Shown: positions 8,029-17,870 of the stretch, in pieces
Layout: each line of letters opens with the position of its first letter
How positions within the stretch are numbered: position 1 is the stretch's first letter
Assembly: GCA_032111745.1 (NCBI GenBank)
Contig: JAULUH010000156.1
Span: 1 to 63,664, forward strand
Length of the DNA stretch: 63,664 nucleotides
Reading direction: 5' to 3'
From: Anaerolineae bacterium
GTDB taxonomy: Bacteria; Chloroflexota; Anaerolineae; JAAEKA01
Made by a program: the position numbers and the translations under genes
The notes under the pieces: model-generated
The model's database searches: none
Told to the model about the DNA's origin: nothing
The model's input: only the letters and a program-made list of their open reading frames with translations

Positions 8029-11000
8029 ATGTCCTGGACCACTCAATTCGGAAGCCCCACGCGCACTAGCTACACCTCAATTGACCGGGCGGACACAGCG
8101 ATGGTCGGACACGCCTACATGGAGTTTGAGCCGTATATCGGGACGTGGGTACAGCCCGTTTCCAACGCAACTGGAACGGTTGTGTTTTTTCCAGCCGCCG
8201 ATGGTGTGCGGGCGATCAACATTGACCCCGGGAACTCTCCCTACATGAGCGTGCGGTGGGGCTTTCCGACAAAACGCCCGGTCGAGGATACCGTGACGTT
8301 TCACAACGGGTACGTCTACTTCACCTGTTTGGATCATCGCATTTACAAGGTGAACGCAGATACAGGAGCGGAGGTCTGGTCCTGGGAGGGACCGGCGGGC
8401 TTCTCCGTCAACCCATTGGTTGTGACAGTGGGCGGAGACGTAATGGTTTTCGCAGGGTGCCGCAACGGAGTTTTCTACGCGTTAACAGATCACGGGTCCA
8501 GCGCGTCAGTGGCGTGGGAGTTCGATACCGGCTATCCCGTTCTCAACAGCGCCACGGCAAATGCGAATTCAAATACTACCGTCGTGTGGTGGTGTAGCAT
8601 GGACGGACACGTCTATCGGGCGAACGCGGCGAACGGCTCGAGCCGCGTGCAGTCCGCCAAACTCCTGACCGCTGGCTTTCGCATGGCGCCGGTTGTGTAC
8701 GACTCCTCCAACGACCTGCTATATGTTTCAATTGAACGTAACTGGAAGCAGGCTACGGAGCGTGGCCCTGGAACCTGGGACGCGTCGCAAATGGTCATCG
8801 GCCCCAGCATTGAAAGCTGGTGGCTCCGCCAGGGGGAAGCCGATGAAAGCAACAACGGCATATGGTTCTGGAAACGGGTAACTGGCGTGAACGGGCCATG
8901 GCCCGGAGGCGCGTCGTCTACGGTGATCGACTTCCTGCAAGACCCGGATGATACTAGATACAGGCGGTCACTAGGAATGTTTGATGATTCGCCTAACGGG
9001 GACGGGAAAGCGGAGTATCGCAACCTGATTATCCTCAATGGCACGACTATGGCAGAAAAGACCTGGGACTTTGGCGATGGTGTGCAACGCAGAGCGCCGA
9101 TCCTTAACCACGACGGACACACCCGCCCGCGGCCAGGGATTGCTATACTGCCAGACGGCACGGCTGTTTTCTACATGCTGTCGGTTGACAACCAGTATAT
9201 CTCTGTGGCCTACCTCTATCGCTGGGTACCGGGATCCCGATACGCATGGCCTGTGCCTGGAAGCGCACACAACCAAGATGAAGCGATGCAACCAACCGTG
9301 GGTCCGGTGTGGGCAGACGCCCCCTATGGGTGGGAGCACGGCACGGACGGGAACAAACACTCTAGCGCCAGCGGCGGTAAGGCGTCTTTCACTAACTTTG
9401 ACGCCTTTTCCCCTAGATGCGGGGCTGACTCGTATTTCCAGGGCCCCTACGATGCGTCGATGGGTGGGGCATATTTGGCGTTCGGGGGATCGAAGGGAAT
9501 ATACTGCCCACTGCAACCATATGGTCACCAAGTAATCTTGAGCGAAACCTGCGTGGTATACCTGGCATATAATTGCCTGATCATGTGGACCACTACGGGG
9601 ACCGACGAAAAGGCGCGAGTGGGCAACGTGGTGCCGCGCATGGACACATCCACAGCGCATCCCTTGCCATCTGTCAGCGTCGCAGATGTCCAGGCGCGAC
9701 TTGAGGCGGAAGTAGCCAGTGTGCTATCGCTCAGTGGGGGAAATAAGCTGCTACGCCCTGCGTATGTCTCTCATTCCAACCTGGACAGGACGGCTGAGAA
9801 TGAAACAGCCAATATCCCCTACAACCTGCAATACGAACGCGATTTGGCGCGGACGTATGTGGCGCTCTGCAGCGCCGCCGAGCACGTAGGCAACCCCGCG
9901 CCGATCAAGGCATACATCAAGTGGCTGTGGCAAAACTACCCGCCATATAACCAGCCCGGCCTGATCGCATGGACAGGAGAGGCCCGCGAGTGGAGCACAA
10001 TCCCCGATGGGGCATGGAAGGACGGGGACGGGAATAGTCGCAATTTGGAGACGGACTGGGTGACCTATGAGCAAGGTCCGTGGGGCTGGAACCCGTACAG
10101 GGTGTACGCAACCATGCGAGTCTGCCAAGTCCTGGCAGACGACCCTGACATTGACCCAGCAGACGCATGGGATTACCTGTTTGAGCACTGGAGCGGGTCC
10201 GGTGTCTTTGCGGACACGTTCGCCTACAAGGATACTCCCTACGAGACAGATCAGATTGACAAAAAGGATGCTCTGATCGCCTGCTACGCGGCGGGCATGA
10301 TCGGGGCAAAATGGATATGCGAGCAGGTTGGGGACACCGTGCGGGCGGCTCAGTGCGATACCAAGCTTGCCGACCTGGCACAGAAATATGATGACGCGTG
10401 GACAAATCCGTTTCGACCTCTAGGGGTTGCGGGCACGGATGACCCTTACCCTATAACAGGTCTGGGATCACAGATCCCGTGGAAAACCGGCAGGATATGG
10501 AATCTGTCCCGCTGGTGGTACTGGATGACGCCTGAGTTCGCAGAGTACCTACAGGACAACCACGCCGACATTGTAGCAACGATGCAAAACGGTATTGCCG
10601 AATATTGGAGCCTGGCCCCGTACTGGTACTTGACTCACTTCCACGCATCGATGAACGAAGCGACTATGGGGCCGCTGCATGACAGGTCGATGCTCCAGGG
10701 AGAAGCACTGTTTGGCAGGGAGTCTCAGCAGGACTTGTTCTCATTGTTAGATATCCCGGCCTACACCGGAGATATGCTGTACATTCAGAACTTGGTTATG
10801 GCACTGGAGGCATCGAGTCCTCCTTCCGCTCCAACCTTTGGAGCCATCTCTGTTCCGAGCGCGACACCTCAGTACGATACCGTAGAGATCGACTTCGATC
10901 TGTCAACCGTAGCCACAAACCTGTTTCTACCCTATGACTCAGCGCCGCCCGCTGGCCAGGTTACTGTTGGCGTCACCGTGGACGCCCATTTCACCGATCC

Positions 11001-13614
11001 CCATGGTGAGATCCACACTGTGCCCGCATTCTACTACCGGCACTTCACCACAGAGCGGCGCAATAATCGGGATTGGGTCTATCCGGATCCATCTGGAGAC
11101 ACCTGGAAGATCCGCTTCACACCACCCCTGCCCGGAACCTGGAGCCTGGTCCTCTCGGCGGAGGATGCGGGTGGCTCAGCCACCTCTGAGGTCTATACCA
11201 TCGAGGTGCCAGAAGCTGCGAAACCCGGCTTCCTCGAAGTTAGCCCCACCGATCCTCGCTACTTTCAACGGGAGAACGGCACCTACTTCTCAGGCCTGGG
11301 CTTCAACACAGCCTGGCAGGAATTCGACTGGAACAATCCCACCACCGCCGAGGCGCGCATACGGTCGAACGCCAACTACGGCATCAACCTGTTGCGGTAC
11401 TGGCCCAGCGAGATGCCCCTGTTCGGCGGCCTGATCAACCCGTTGCGCCAATGGGACGCCGACCAGACCGGCGATACCGAGCCAGCCATCAGCCTGTTCG
11501 ACGCTGATAACCAACCGGGACCCGGTTACTCCGCAGAGGTCTTGTGGCGCCTACACACGACCCGGGGCAGCAATTTCACACGCTTCCTAGCCCTGGGTTG
11601 GTTGACCGAACCGCTGGCGGTCAAGCCCGACACCACCTACCGCGTCTCCCTGAAGCTGCTCATCCCGCAAGACCTGCTGCCCGCGGCAGCCGGTGACGCC
11701 GGTTTCGTGATCAAAAGCCATCCCGGCTGGCTGGATGCCGACCAGGGGGTTAGCAACATGTTTGGCCAGCCCCAATCTGCCTACCATCTCTCGACCGAGG
11801 AGCGGTGGCAGACTGTGTCCTGCCTCTATACCACGGGCAGCGCCGAATACTACCTGCCCTGGCTGTATTTCGCGCTGGTGAATGTGGCGGCCGACGAGAA
11901 GATCGTCTACTTCGACGATGTACAAATTGCGGAGAGCCTCGGGGGAGGACGCTACGGGCCCAACCTGTTCGACAAGGGCGTGGCGTCTCAACATGAGTAC
12001 GTCAGCCAGCGCTATTCATGGGCCCTGGATCACTTCCTCGACTACGCCGGGCACCAGGGGGTTGCGCTCAAGCTAGTGCTGTTGGAGAAGAACGACAGCA
12101 TCTTCTGCCGGATCGGGGAGGATGGATCTGTAGGTGTAGACTACAGCAATGACAACTTCTACGGTCCGGCGGACCAGAGCGTGACCCGGAGCCGTTGGCT
12201 GCAGCAGGCGTTCTGGCGCTACTGTCAGGCCCGCTGGGGCTATTCGACGGCCGTCCATTCCTGGGAGTTGTGCAACGAGGGTGACCCAGGGAGTGTGCGC
12301 CACTACAATCTAGCCCAGTTCATGGCTGCCTACTTCAACACATTCACAGCCAACCATCACCCCAGCACCACCTCCTTCTGGGCCGGCTTTCCGGCCAAGG
12401 AGTTTTGGCAGAACAACGACTACCCCGATGTGGGCTATGCCGATCTGCACCGCTACGTCTTTGAAGCCGAGCCTGAATGGAACGATACGGCCCGCGCCCA
12501 CATCAACCACGCCATGCAGCTACCTTTCACCGGCCAGCCAGTCATGCGCGGCGAGACGATGGTCGTCGAAGGCGACACCTCCTCCTATGCCAAGCTACTG
12601 CTGAAGGATACCGGAGGCATCTGGTTGAAACACTGGCTGTGGTCGCAGCTACACTGGGACCAGCTCTACGAACTGTTCTGGTATGCCCGCCAGGTGATCA
12701 CCCAGGAGGACCCGCCGGGCAAGGACCAGCGGAAGCACTTCCTGGCACTGGCACGTTTCCTGGAGGGGATCCCCATCCACAACGGCAACTACGAGGATCT
12801 CGGTGCCACGGCCCGGGGCTATCTCGTGGTGGGCCAGAAGGACCGTATCAACGACCGAGCGCACTTCTGGGTCCGCGCGGATGGAAAGGTGCCCTACACC
12901 TGGGTGAACGTCGTCAACAAGGCTGCCATCACCAAGGTGACGTCGGACATCATCATACCGGACATGACTCCCAGGAGGAAGTACGCCGTGTCCAGCATCG
13001 ACACCAGCAACGGGGTGTCGGTGATCGACAGTGTGATGGTGTCCGCCAATAGGGACGGTATTTTGATCCTGAGGAGCAGCCAGTTCAAGGCGCTGCGCGG
13101 CCTGACAGGCGACGTGGCGTTCAAGGTCGAGACCGGTAAAGGAGCCAAGAGAGAGGTCACGGTGAGCACGCACAAGTATCACCAGCTGGGTACCTTGAGG
13201 ACCTACATGAACGCCGAACTGGATGGCCTGCCTGAAGGCGCTAACCGGGCCGGCCAGCCAGTCAACTTCACCATCGATCGAGCCATGTACATGGCGGTGG
13301 AACTGTCCGTCGCCAAGCAGGCCGGCCCCCGGGCTCCTGGGGCCCAGATCGCCCTCTATGCCATGCGTTCCGTGGACGACGTCAACTACGGCTATGGGGG
13401 CGACGACCTGGATCCCCCCCCTACCGACCTACTATGCACGTTGGCGTTGGATGCATCCCCCGAGGCGCGCCTGCTCACCATGGACGGGCTGCGCGCGCCA
13501 GCCACCCGAGCCAAAATCCTGGTGAAGAACCTCACCGGGCAACCGCTGGCAGACAGTGGCAACATGCTCCGCTACCGCCTGTATACAACAATCAGCGAGA
13601 CCGAGGCGTCATAA
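8029..13614 (+). CDS. Giant multidomain glycan-active protein. Domains: PQQ-like beta-propeller, helical region, DUF5060-like Ig domain, GH5-like TIM barrel with CBM-like insert, C-terminal beta domains
   Basis: GGAGGAG SD before ATG MSWTTQF; the track TTG start at 8011 is unlikely. Propeller motifs: HNGYVYFTCLDHRIYKVNADTGAEVWSWE, GVFYALTDHG, MDGHVYRANAANGS. DUF5060-like: HFTDPHGEIHTVPAFYY...WKIRFTPPLPGTWSL. GH5-type acid/base motif: HSWELCNEGDP. CBM4/9-like: VYFDDVQIAE. No N-terminal signal peptide. Confidence 0.85.
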   Translation: MSWTTQFGSPTRTSYTSIDRADTAMVGHAYMEFEPYIGTWVQPVSNATGTVVFFPAADGVRAINIDPGNSPYMSVRWGFPTKRPVEDTVTFHNGYVYFTCLDHRIYKVNADTGAEVWSWEGPAGFSVNPLVVTVGGDVMVFAGCRNGVFYALTDHGSSASVAWEFDTGYPVLNSATANANSNTTVVWWCSMDGHVYRANAANGSSRVQSAKLLTAGFRMAPVVYDSSNDLLYVSIERNWKQATERGPGTWDASQMVIGPSIESWWLRQGEADESNNGIWFWKRVTGVNGPWPGGASSTVIDFLQDPDDTRYRRSLGMFDDSPNGDGKAEYRNLIILNGTTMAEKTWDFGDGVQRRAPILNHDGHTRPRPGIAILPDGTAVFYMLSVDNQYISVAYLYRWVPGSRYAWPVPGSAHNQDEAMQPTVGPVWADAPYGWEHGTDGNKHSSASGGKASFTNFDAFSPRCGADSYFQGPYDASMGGAYLAFGGSKGIYCPLQPYGHQVILSETCVVYLAYNCLIMWTTTGTDEKARVGNVVPRMDTSTAHPLPSVSVADVQARLEAEVASVLSLSGGNKLLRPAYVSHSNLDRTAENETANIPYNLQYERDLARTYVALCSAAEHVGNPAPIKAYIKWLWQNYPPYNQPGLIAWTGEAREWSTIPDGAWKDGDGNSRNLETDWVTYEQGPWGWNPYRVYATMRVCQVLADDPDIDPADAWDYLFEHWSGSGVFADTFAYKDTPYETDQIDKKDALIACYAAGMIGAKWICEQVGDTVRAAQCDTKLADLAQKYDDAWTNPFRPLGVAGTDDPYPITGLGSQIPWKTGRIWNLSRWWYWMTPEFAEYLQDNHADIVATMQNGIAEYWSLAPYWYLTHFHASMNEATMGPLHDRSMLQGEALFGRESQQDLFSLLDIPAYTGDMLYIQNLVMALEASSPPSAPTFGAISVPSATPQYDTVEIDFDLSTVATNLFLPYDSAPPAGQVTVGVTVDAHFTDPHGEIHTVPAFYYRHFTTERRNNRDWVYPDPSGDTWKIRFTPPLPGTWSLVLSAEDAGGSATSEVYTIEVPEAAKPGFLEVSPTDPRYFQRENGTYFSGLGFNTAWQEFDWNNPTTAEARIRSNANYGINLLRYWPSEMPLFGGLINPLRQWDADQTGDTEPAISLFDADNQPGPGYSAEVLWRLHTTRGSNFTRFLALGWLTEPLAVKPDTTYRVSLKLLIPQDLLPAAAGDAGFVIKSHPGWLDADQGVSNMFGQPQSAYHLSTEERWQTVSCLYTTGSAEYYLPWLYFALVNVAADEKIVYFDDVQIAESLGGGRYGPNLFDKGVASQHEYVSQRYSWALDHFLDYAGHQGVALKLVLLEKNDSIFCRIGEDGSVGVDYSNDNFYGPADQSVTRSRWLQQAFWRYCQARWGYSTAVHSWELCNEGDPGSVRHYNLAQFMAAYFNTFTANHHPSTTSFWAGFPAKEFWQNNDYPDVGYADLHRYVFEAEPEWNDTARAHINHAMQLPFTGQPVMRGETMVVEGDTSSYAKLLLKDTGGIWLKHWLWSQLHWDQLYELFWYARQVITQEDPPGKDQRKHFLALARFLEGIPIHNGNYEDLGATARGYLVVGQKDRINDRAHFWVRADGKVPYTWVNVVNKAAITKVTSDIIIPDMTPRRKYAVSSIDTSNGVSVIDSVMVSANRDGILILRSSQFKALRGLTGDVAFKVETGKGAKREVTVSTHKYHQLGTLRTYMNAELDGLPEGANRAGQPVNFTIDRAMYMAVELSVAKQAGPRAPGAQIALYAMRSVDDVNYGYGGDDLDPPPTDLLCTLALDASPEARLLTMDGLRAPATRAKILVKNLTGQPLADSGNMLRYRLYTTISETEAS

Positions 13615-13654
13615 CAGGGAAACGTGGGTGTGGACAGAAAGGGGAGATATCAAA

Positions 13655-13682
13655 GGGCGGGTGCTTTGCGAAGCACCCGCCC
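13655..13682. terminator. Bidirectional hairpin terminator between convergent genes
   Basis: Perfect 12-bp stem gggcgggtgctt / aagcacccgccc with loop tgcg, 41 nt after the giant CDS stop. A second GC hairpin with a 17-nt tandem repeat (ggcctccgtgcccgcc x2, 13705..13737) sits next to the BY-kinase stop. Confidence 0.7.
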
Positions 13683-13763
13683 TTACCATCACGTCGTAGG
13701 GGCGGGCCTCCGTGCCCGCCCGGCCTCCGTGCCCGCCTAGCCCTGGCATAAACGCCGCTGGGA

Positions 13764-15422
13764 CTATTTGGCGCCCGTGCCAGCCCCTGGTAATAGCCGG
13801 CGCCAATCCTGCGGCTTGCTCCGGCGGCCCTGGCTGCCGCCAGTGCCACCATCACCACCGCCGCCCTCTTCATCCTGGCTGTAGTACTGGTGGTAGTAGT
13901 AGTAGTAGTATGAGCCACTACCGCGCGGCTGTATGCGGTTCAGCGACACGCCCAGGATATTCGCACCAACCTTCTCCAGCGCCTCCTTGGCGTTCTGAGC
14001 TATCTGGCGCCGGGTGATCCCGGCCTCGACCACCAACACCACACCGTCGGTCTGCCGGGCCAGGATGGCCGCATCGGTCACGGCCAGCGTCGGCGGGCTG
14101 TCCAGCAGAACTACATCGGCGCGATCCGCCAGCTGATGCAGCAGGTCGCGGAAGCGCTCCGAGCCCAGCATCTCCGCCGGGTTAGGGGGTAGTGGCCCCG
14201 TGGTAAGCACCTGCAGGTTTTCGTAGCGCGTATCCTGCAACAGGCTGTCCAGGTCGGGCTGGACTTGCAGCAAGGCGTTGGACAGGCCGATGCTGTTGGG
14301 CAGCTGGAACAGCCGGTGCAGGGTCGGCCGCCGCAGGTCAGTGTCCATCAGGATCACGCGCTGGCCCTGCTGGGCCATCACCAACCCCAGGTTGGCCAGG
14401 GTCGTGCTCTTGCCCTCACTGGGGCTGGAGCTGGTGATCATCAAGGTGCGAGGTGGATTGTCCAGCGCCGAGAACTGGATGTTGGTGCGCAAGATGCGGT
14501 AGGCTTCGGCAGTGGGAGACTTGGGCTGCAGCCCGGCCACGAGCTTCTGCTCCGGCGACTCGCCCTCGATCTGCGTCACGGCACCCAGGGTGGTTAGATC
14601 CAGCGAGTTCTTAATATCGTCGGGATTCTTCAACGTGTCGTCGAGGTAGTCCAACAGAAAGGCCGCCCCCAGGGCCAGCAGCATGCCGATCGCCGCGGCC
14701 AGCACGATGGTCAGGGCTTTGTTGGGTCCAATAGGCTCCGTGGGCAGCTCGGCCGGCGCGACGACGTTGACGGCATTGATGCCGCCGCCTACGAAGCCCA
14801 GGAGCTGGGCATAGTTGGCCTGATAGGTGGTCAGTTTCTGTTCCAGGGCTTGGATCTGGGTCTGGGTGTCGGCGATCTGGCGCGCGCTGAACATATTGCC
14901 CAGCTGCTGCCTGAGCTCGTCAACTCGAACGGTGGTTTCGTCGATGTTCCGTTCCAGGTCCTGCAGCTGCTTGGTCACGAAATCACGCCGATCCTGGGTT
15001 ACCTTGGCAACGCCGCTGGGGCTCTGCTCGATCAACTGGTTCGCCAGCTCGTTGGCTACGGCCTGCGCGCGCTGGGGGCTGGTGTCCGCAACGCTAATCT
15101 CGATCAACTGCGTGTTTGGCACCAGAGACACCGAATAGTTGGGCAACCATTTCAAGCCCAAGGCCTGCATCGTCGCCAGGCGCACCGTATCGCGACGAGC
15201 CAGCTCGGCGTAGGTCTGGGCCAACTGCTGGCCCAGCCACAGGTCGTTGGCTACCGGGTTGGGGTTCTCGATGGTGCTGCCGATCATCAGCGTCGTCTTG
15301 GCGCTGTAGACCGATGGTTGCTGGCGCGTAGCGATAAAACTGGCTGCCATCGCCACCAGGGTCGACAACAGGATAAGCCACAGCCATTTGCGAATGGTTT
15401 GAAAGTACTGGCGAAGTTCCAT
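13764..15422 (-). CDS. Polysaccharide co-polymerase (Wzz domain) fused to BY tyrosine autokinase
   Basis: N-terminal Wzz-like TM plus coiled-coil region. Walker A SSSPSEGKSTTLANLG, DTDLRRP, Walker B VVLLDSPP. C-terminal Tyr cluster GSGSYYYYYYHQYYSQ. Confidence 0.9.
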   Translation of the reverse strand: MELRQYFQTIRKWLWLILLSTLVAMAASFIATRQQPSVYSAKTTLMIGSTIENPNPVANDLWLGQQLAQTYAELARRDTVRLATMQALGLKWLPNYSVSLVPNTQLIEISVADTSPQRAQAVANELANQLIEQSPSGVAKVTQDRRDFVTKQLQDLERNIDETTVRVDELRQQLGNMFSARQIADTQTQIQALEQKLTTYQANYAQLLGFVGGGINAVNVVAPAELPTEPIGPNKALTIVLAAAIGMLLALGAAFLLDYLDDTLKNPDDIKNSLDLTTLGAVTQIEGESPEQKLVAGLQPKSPTAEAYRILRTNIQFSALDNPPRTLMITSSSPSEGKSTTLANLGLVMAQQGQRVILMDTDLRRPTLHRLFQLPNSIGLSNALLQVQPDLDSLLQDTRYENLQVLTTGPLPPNPAEMLGSERFRDLLHQLADRADVVLLDSPPTLAVTDAAILARQTDGVVLVVEAGITRRQIAQNAKEALEKVGANILGVSLNRIQPRGSGSYYYYYYHQYYSQDEEGGGGDGGTGGSQGRRSKPQDWRRLLPGAGTGAK

Positions 15423-15439
15423 AGGCCTTTACGGGTTCC

Positions 15440-17752
15440 TCACTTGATCCAGACCGGTTCCCAATCGTTGTGTTGATTGCTACTCACGTTGCGCAGGCTG
15501 GTACCGTTGGCGTTCATCACCCATAGCTGACGCCGGCCCTCACCGCGGTTGGAGTAGAACAGAATCTGGCTGCCGTCGGACGACCACGCCGGGGAGCGAT
15601 CCCACTCCCAGGTGTTGCGCGTCAGTTGGCGCAGATCGCTGCCGTCGCGTGCCACCAGGTAAACCTCGTCGTTGCCGGAGGAGTTGGAGACCAGGGCCAC
15701 GGTCTCGCCGCCAGGCGACCATACGGCATCAAAGGTGGCGCCTCGCACGCTGACCAGGCGCCGCCGGGAGCCGTCGATCTCATTCTGCACGATGACCTGG
15801 GGCCGGCGAGCCAGGTCCAGCTCCTCGAGCAGGCGCTCGGTGCCATCAGGCGATAGGGCCTGGCGAGCCACCGCGGCCTGGTAGGCCGGCAGATCCTCTG
15901 CCAGCAAGGGCTCTGCCTGGGTGCAGCCTTCCGTGCTGTTGACGCAAGCCGCATCGGCCACGAAGAGCTGGGGGGCTCCCAGCCGGTCGGACAGGAACAC
16001 GATCTTGTTGCGTAGCCGGTCCGGCACATCGCTCTCCGCCGGAATCGTGGGCAGCGGTGTCGCCGTGGGCACCTCCACCGCGACCTGGTTGGCCGGCGGC
16101 GTACCTGTGGTCAACGCACTGATGGTGGCATAGGCCGCCTGGGCCACCGCCGTCTGCTCGTTGGCTGCTGGCCCCAGGGACAAAGGCGTGGGGGTGGCCG
16201 TAGTGACCCCTGGTAGTGACACCACGGGCGGGCCCGCCTCCACGGTACGGGTAGCCTCGGCGATCGCATAGGCCAGTTGCGTAGCCACATTCTCCGCCGT
16301 CGGCGTATTGGTTACCACAGCCAGAATCGGCGTGGGCGTGGCGGTCACAGCATAGTCCGGAATCGGCGTCCACGTGCCTGTAGTCAGGGCCTGGGCCGTC
16401 GCGTACACGGCAATGGCCGTGGCTGTGGCATCATTGGCCGGCACGAGGGTCGGAATCACCACAGGCGGCAACCCCAGGGACTGGCGCTCTGCGTCCGCGG
16501 TTTCCTGGTTAACCGGTGTGGGCGTTGCGGTTACCATCGCGCGTGGGGTTGGCGCCGGTGTGCCGACCTCCATCGCAAAAGCGGTGGCGCTCAGGGCAAT
16601 AGCCGCGGCCGTCAACACGTTCTCCGGCGTTGGGGTGCTGGTCACCACAATGAAATCCCGGGTCGGAATCGGCGGCGGCGTGGCCGGAGGTGGGCCGTTG
16701 ATCACAATCAGCCTCGGGCTATTGCCCAGGGTCTCGGGTCCCTGGCCCGAGTCCCACGTGAACAGGTTATCAGGACCAGTCTCCGGGCCATCCAACCGAA
16801 ACACCAGCTGTGTCTTCTGATCGACGACCGCCTGCTCCAATACCTTCAACTGCTCTTCGCTGAGCACGAAGCGATTGGAGACCAGCGGCTTCACCTCTGT
16901 CTGGGCCACAGGAGGAACCAGGGACTGCACAACCGGGGCGTTGTGTAGTTCCTGATAGGTCAGCTGGCTCCAGCTCTCACCAACCTGGGGGGCCATCAAC
17001 TTGACCTCCCAGATGCCGTTGGCGCCTGGTTCCAGCCGGCTGTCGTCCAGGCCGGTGATCTCCAATGCCACATAGCGGATGGGCGCGCCGCGGGGGAGAC
17101 GGGACAGGTCAAATAGGATGGCACTGTGGATCAGGGCCTCCTGATACTTGCCGGCGTGCAGGAAAGAGTCGCCAAAATAGCTGTCGCGCGAGTCAAGGCT
17201 GCCGAACCATCCCACCCCAGCGGGCGATGGTGTGATCTCCACGCGAACCTCATCGCCGGCGATGGTTGGCACTGCGCCAGGCGCTTGGGCCACTGGCACC
17301 GAACCTGGCGCGTCCGCCAGTAGGGGCGGGGGTGGGGTTGGGATTGCACTGGTCGTGCTCGGGGCTGGCGCTGTCTCCGCCACCGTCGCCGGCGTGGGGG
17401 TGGAGGCACCAGGGGCAGCCAGCAAGCGTATCAGCTGCCATCCGGCGAGGAGCGCCACGACGCCGACCGCAGCCCATAGCACCCACCGCAGCCACGGCAC
17501 AGCCCGCTGCGGAGTTGCTGATTCGTTTTCATTATGCAAGGCGACGGGAGAGCCCTGAAGGCGCGCCTGAAAGCGCGGGCAATTGACGTGCTCTGCCGTC
17601 AAGCAATAATGGCTTTGGTGCTCTGCACTGGGCGAGTGCTCCCCGTCGCTGGGGAGAGCAAAACAGCGATGGCTCTCGCTGGCATAGCTGTAGCGCAAAG
17701 CCGGGTCGCTCTTGAGGCCCACATAGGGGCATACAACATCACCAGTTGGCAT
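15440..17752 (-). CDS. Membrane protein: Cys/His-rich cytoplasmic N-terminus, TM helix, Pro/Thr-rich region, TolB-like (PD40) beta-propeller
   Basis: Start placed at ATG MPTGDVVCPYVGL; the track start 17836 is a TTG. N-terminal motif: CPYVGL...HRCFA...HYCLTAEHVNCPRF. TM helix: WVLWAAVGVVALLAGWQLI. C-terminal PD40-type repeats: VWSPGGETVALVSNSSGNDEVYLV, PAWSSDGSQILFYSNRGEGRRQLWVMN. Confidence 0.75.
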   Translation of the reverse strand: MPTGDVVCPYVGLKSDPALRYSYASESHRCFALPSDGEHSPSAEHQSHYCLTAEHVNCPRFQARLQGSPVALHNENESATPQRAVPWLRWVLWAAVGVVALLAGWQLIRLLAAPGASTPTPATVAETAPAPSTTSAIPTPPPPLLADAPGSVPVAQAPGAVPTIAGDEVRVEITPSPAGVGWFGSLDSRDSYFGDSFLHAGKYQEALIHSAILFDLSRLPRGAPIRYVALEITGLDDSRLEPGANGIWEVKLMAPQVGESWSQLTYQELHNAPVVQSLVPPVAQTEVKPLVSNRFVLSEEQLKVLEQAVVDQKTQLVFRLDGPETGPDNLFTWDSGQGPETLGNSPRLIVINGPPPATPPPIPTRDFIVVTSTPTPENVLTAAAIALSATAFAMEVGTPAPTPRAMVTATPTPVNQETADAERQSLGLPPVVIPTLVPANDATATAIAVYATAQALTTGTWTPIPDYAVTATPTPILAVVTNTPTAENVATQLAYAIAEATRTVEAGPPVVSLPGVTTATPTPLSLGPAANEQTAVAQAAYATISALTTGTPPANQVAVEVPTATPLPTIPAESDVPDRLRNKIVFLSDRLGAPQLFVADAACVNSTEGCTQAEPLLAEDLPAYQAAVARQALSPDGTERLLEELDLARRPQVIVQNEIDGSRRRLVSVRGATFDAVWSPGGETVALVSNSSGNDEVYLVARDGSDLRQLTRNTWEWDRSPAWSSDGSQILFYSNRGEGRRQLWVMNANGTSLRNVSSNQHNDWEPVWIK

Positions 17753-17870
17753 CAGAAGCTTTGTTTTTCCTTTTTTCACCTGTGGAGTCGACACTCGGTG
17801 GAGCGCGATTATACCACCTTCACAAGGCCGGGACAATTCGGGCGGTCGAGCTTGCGCCCCTTCATGCCCG

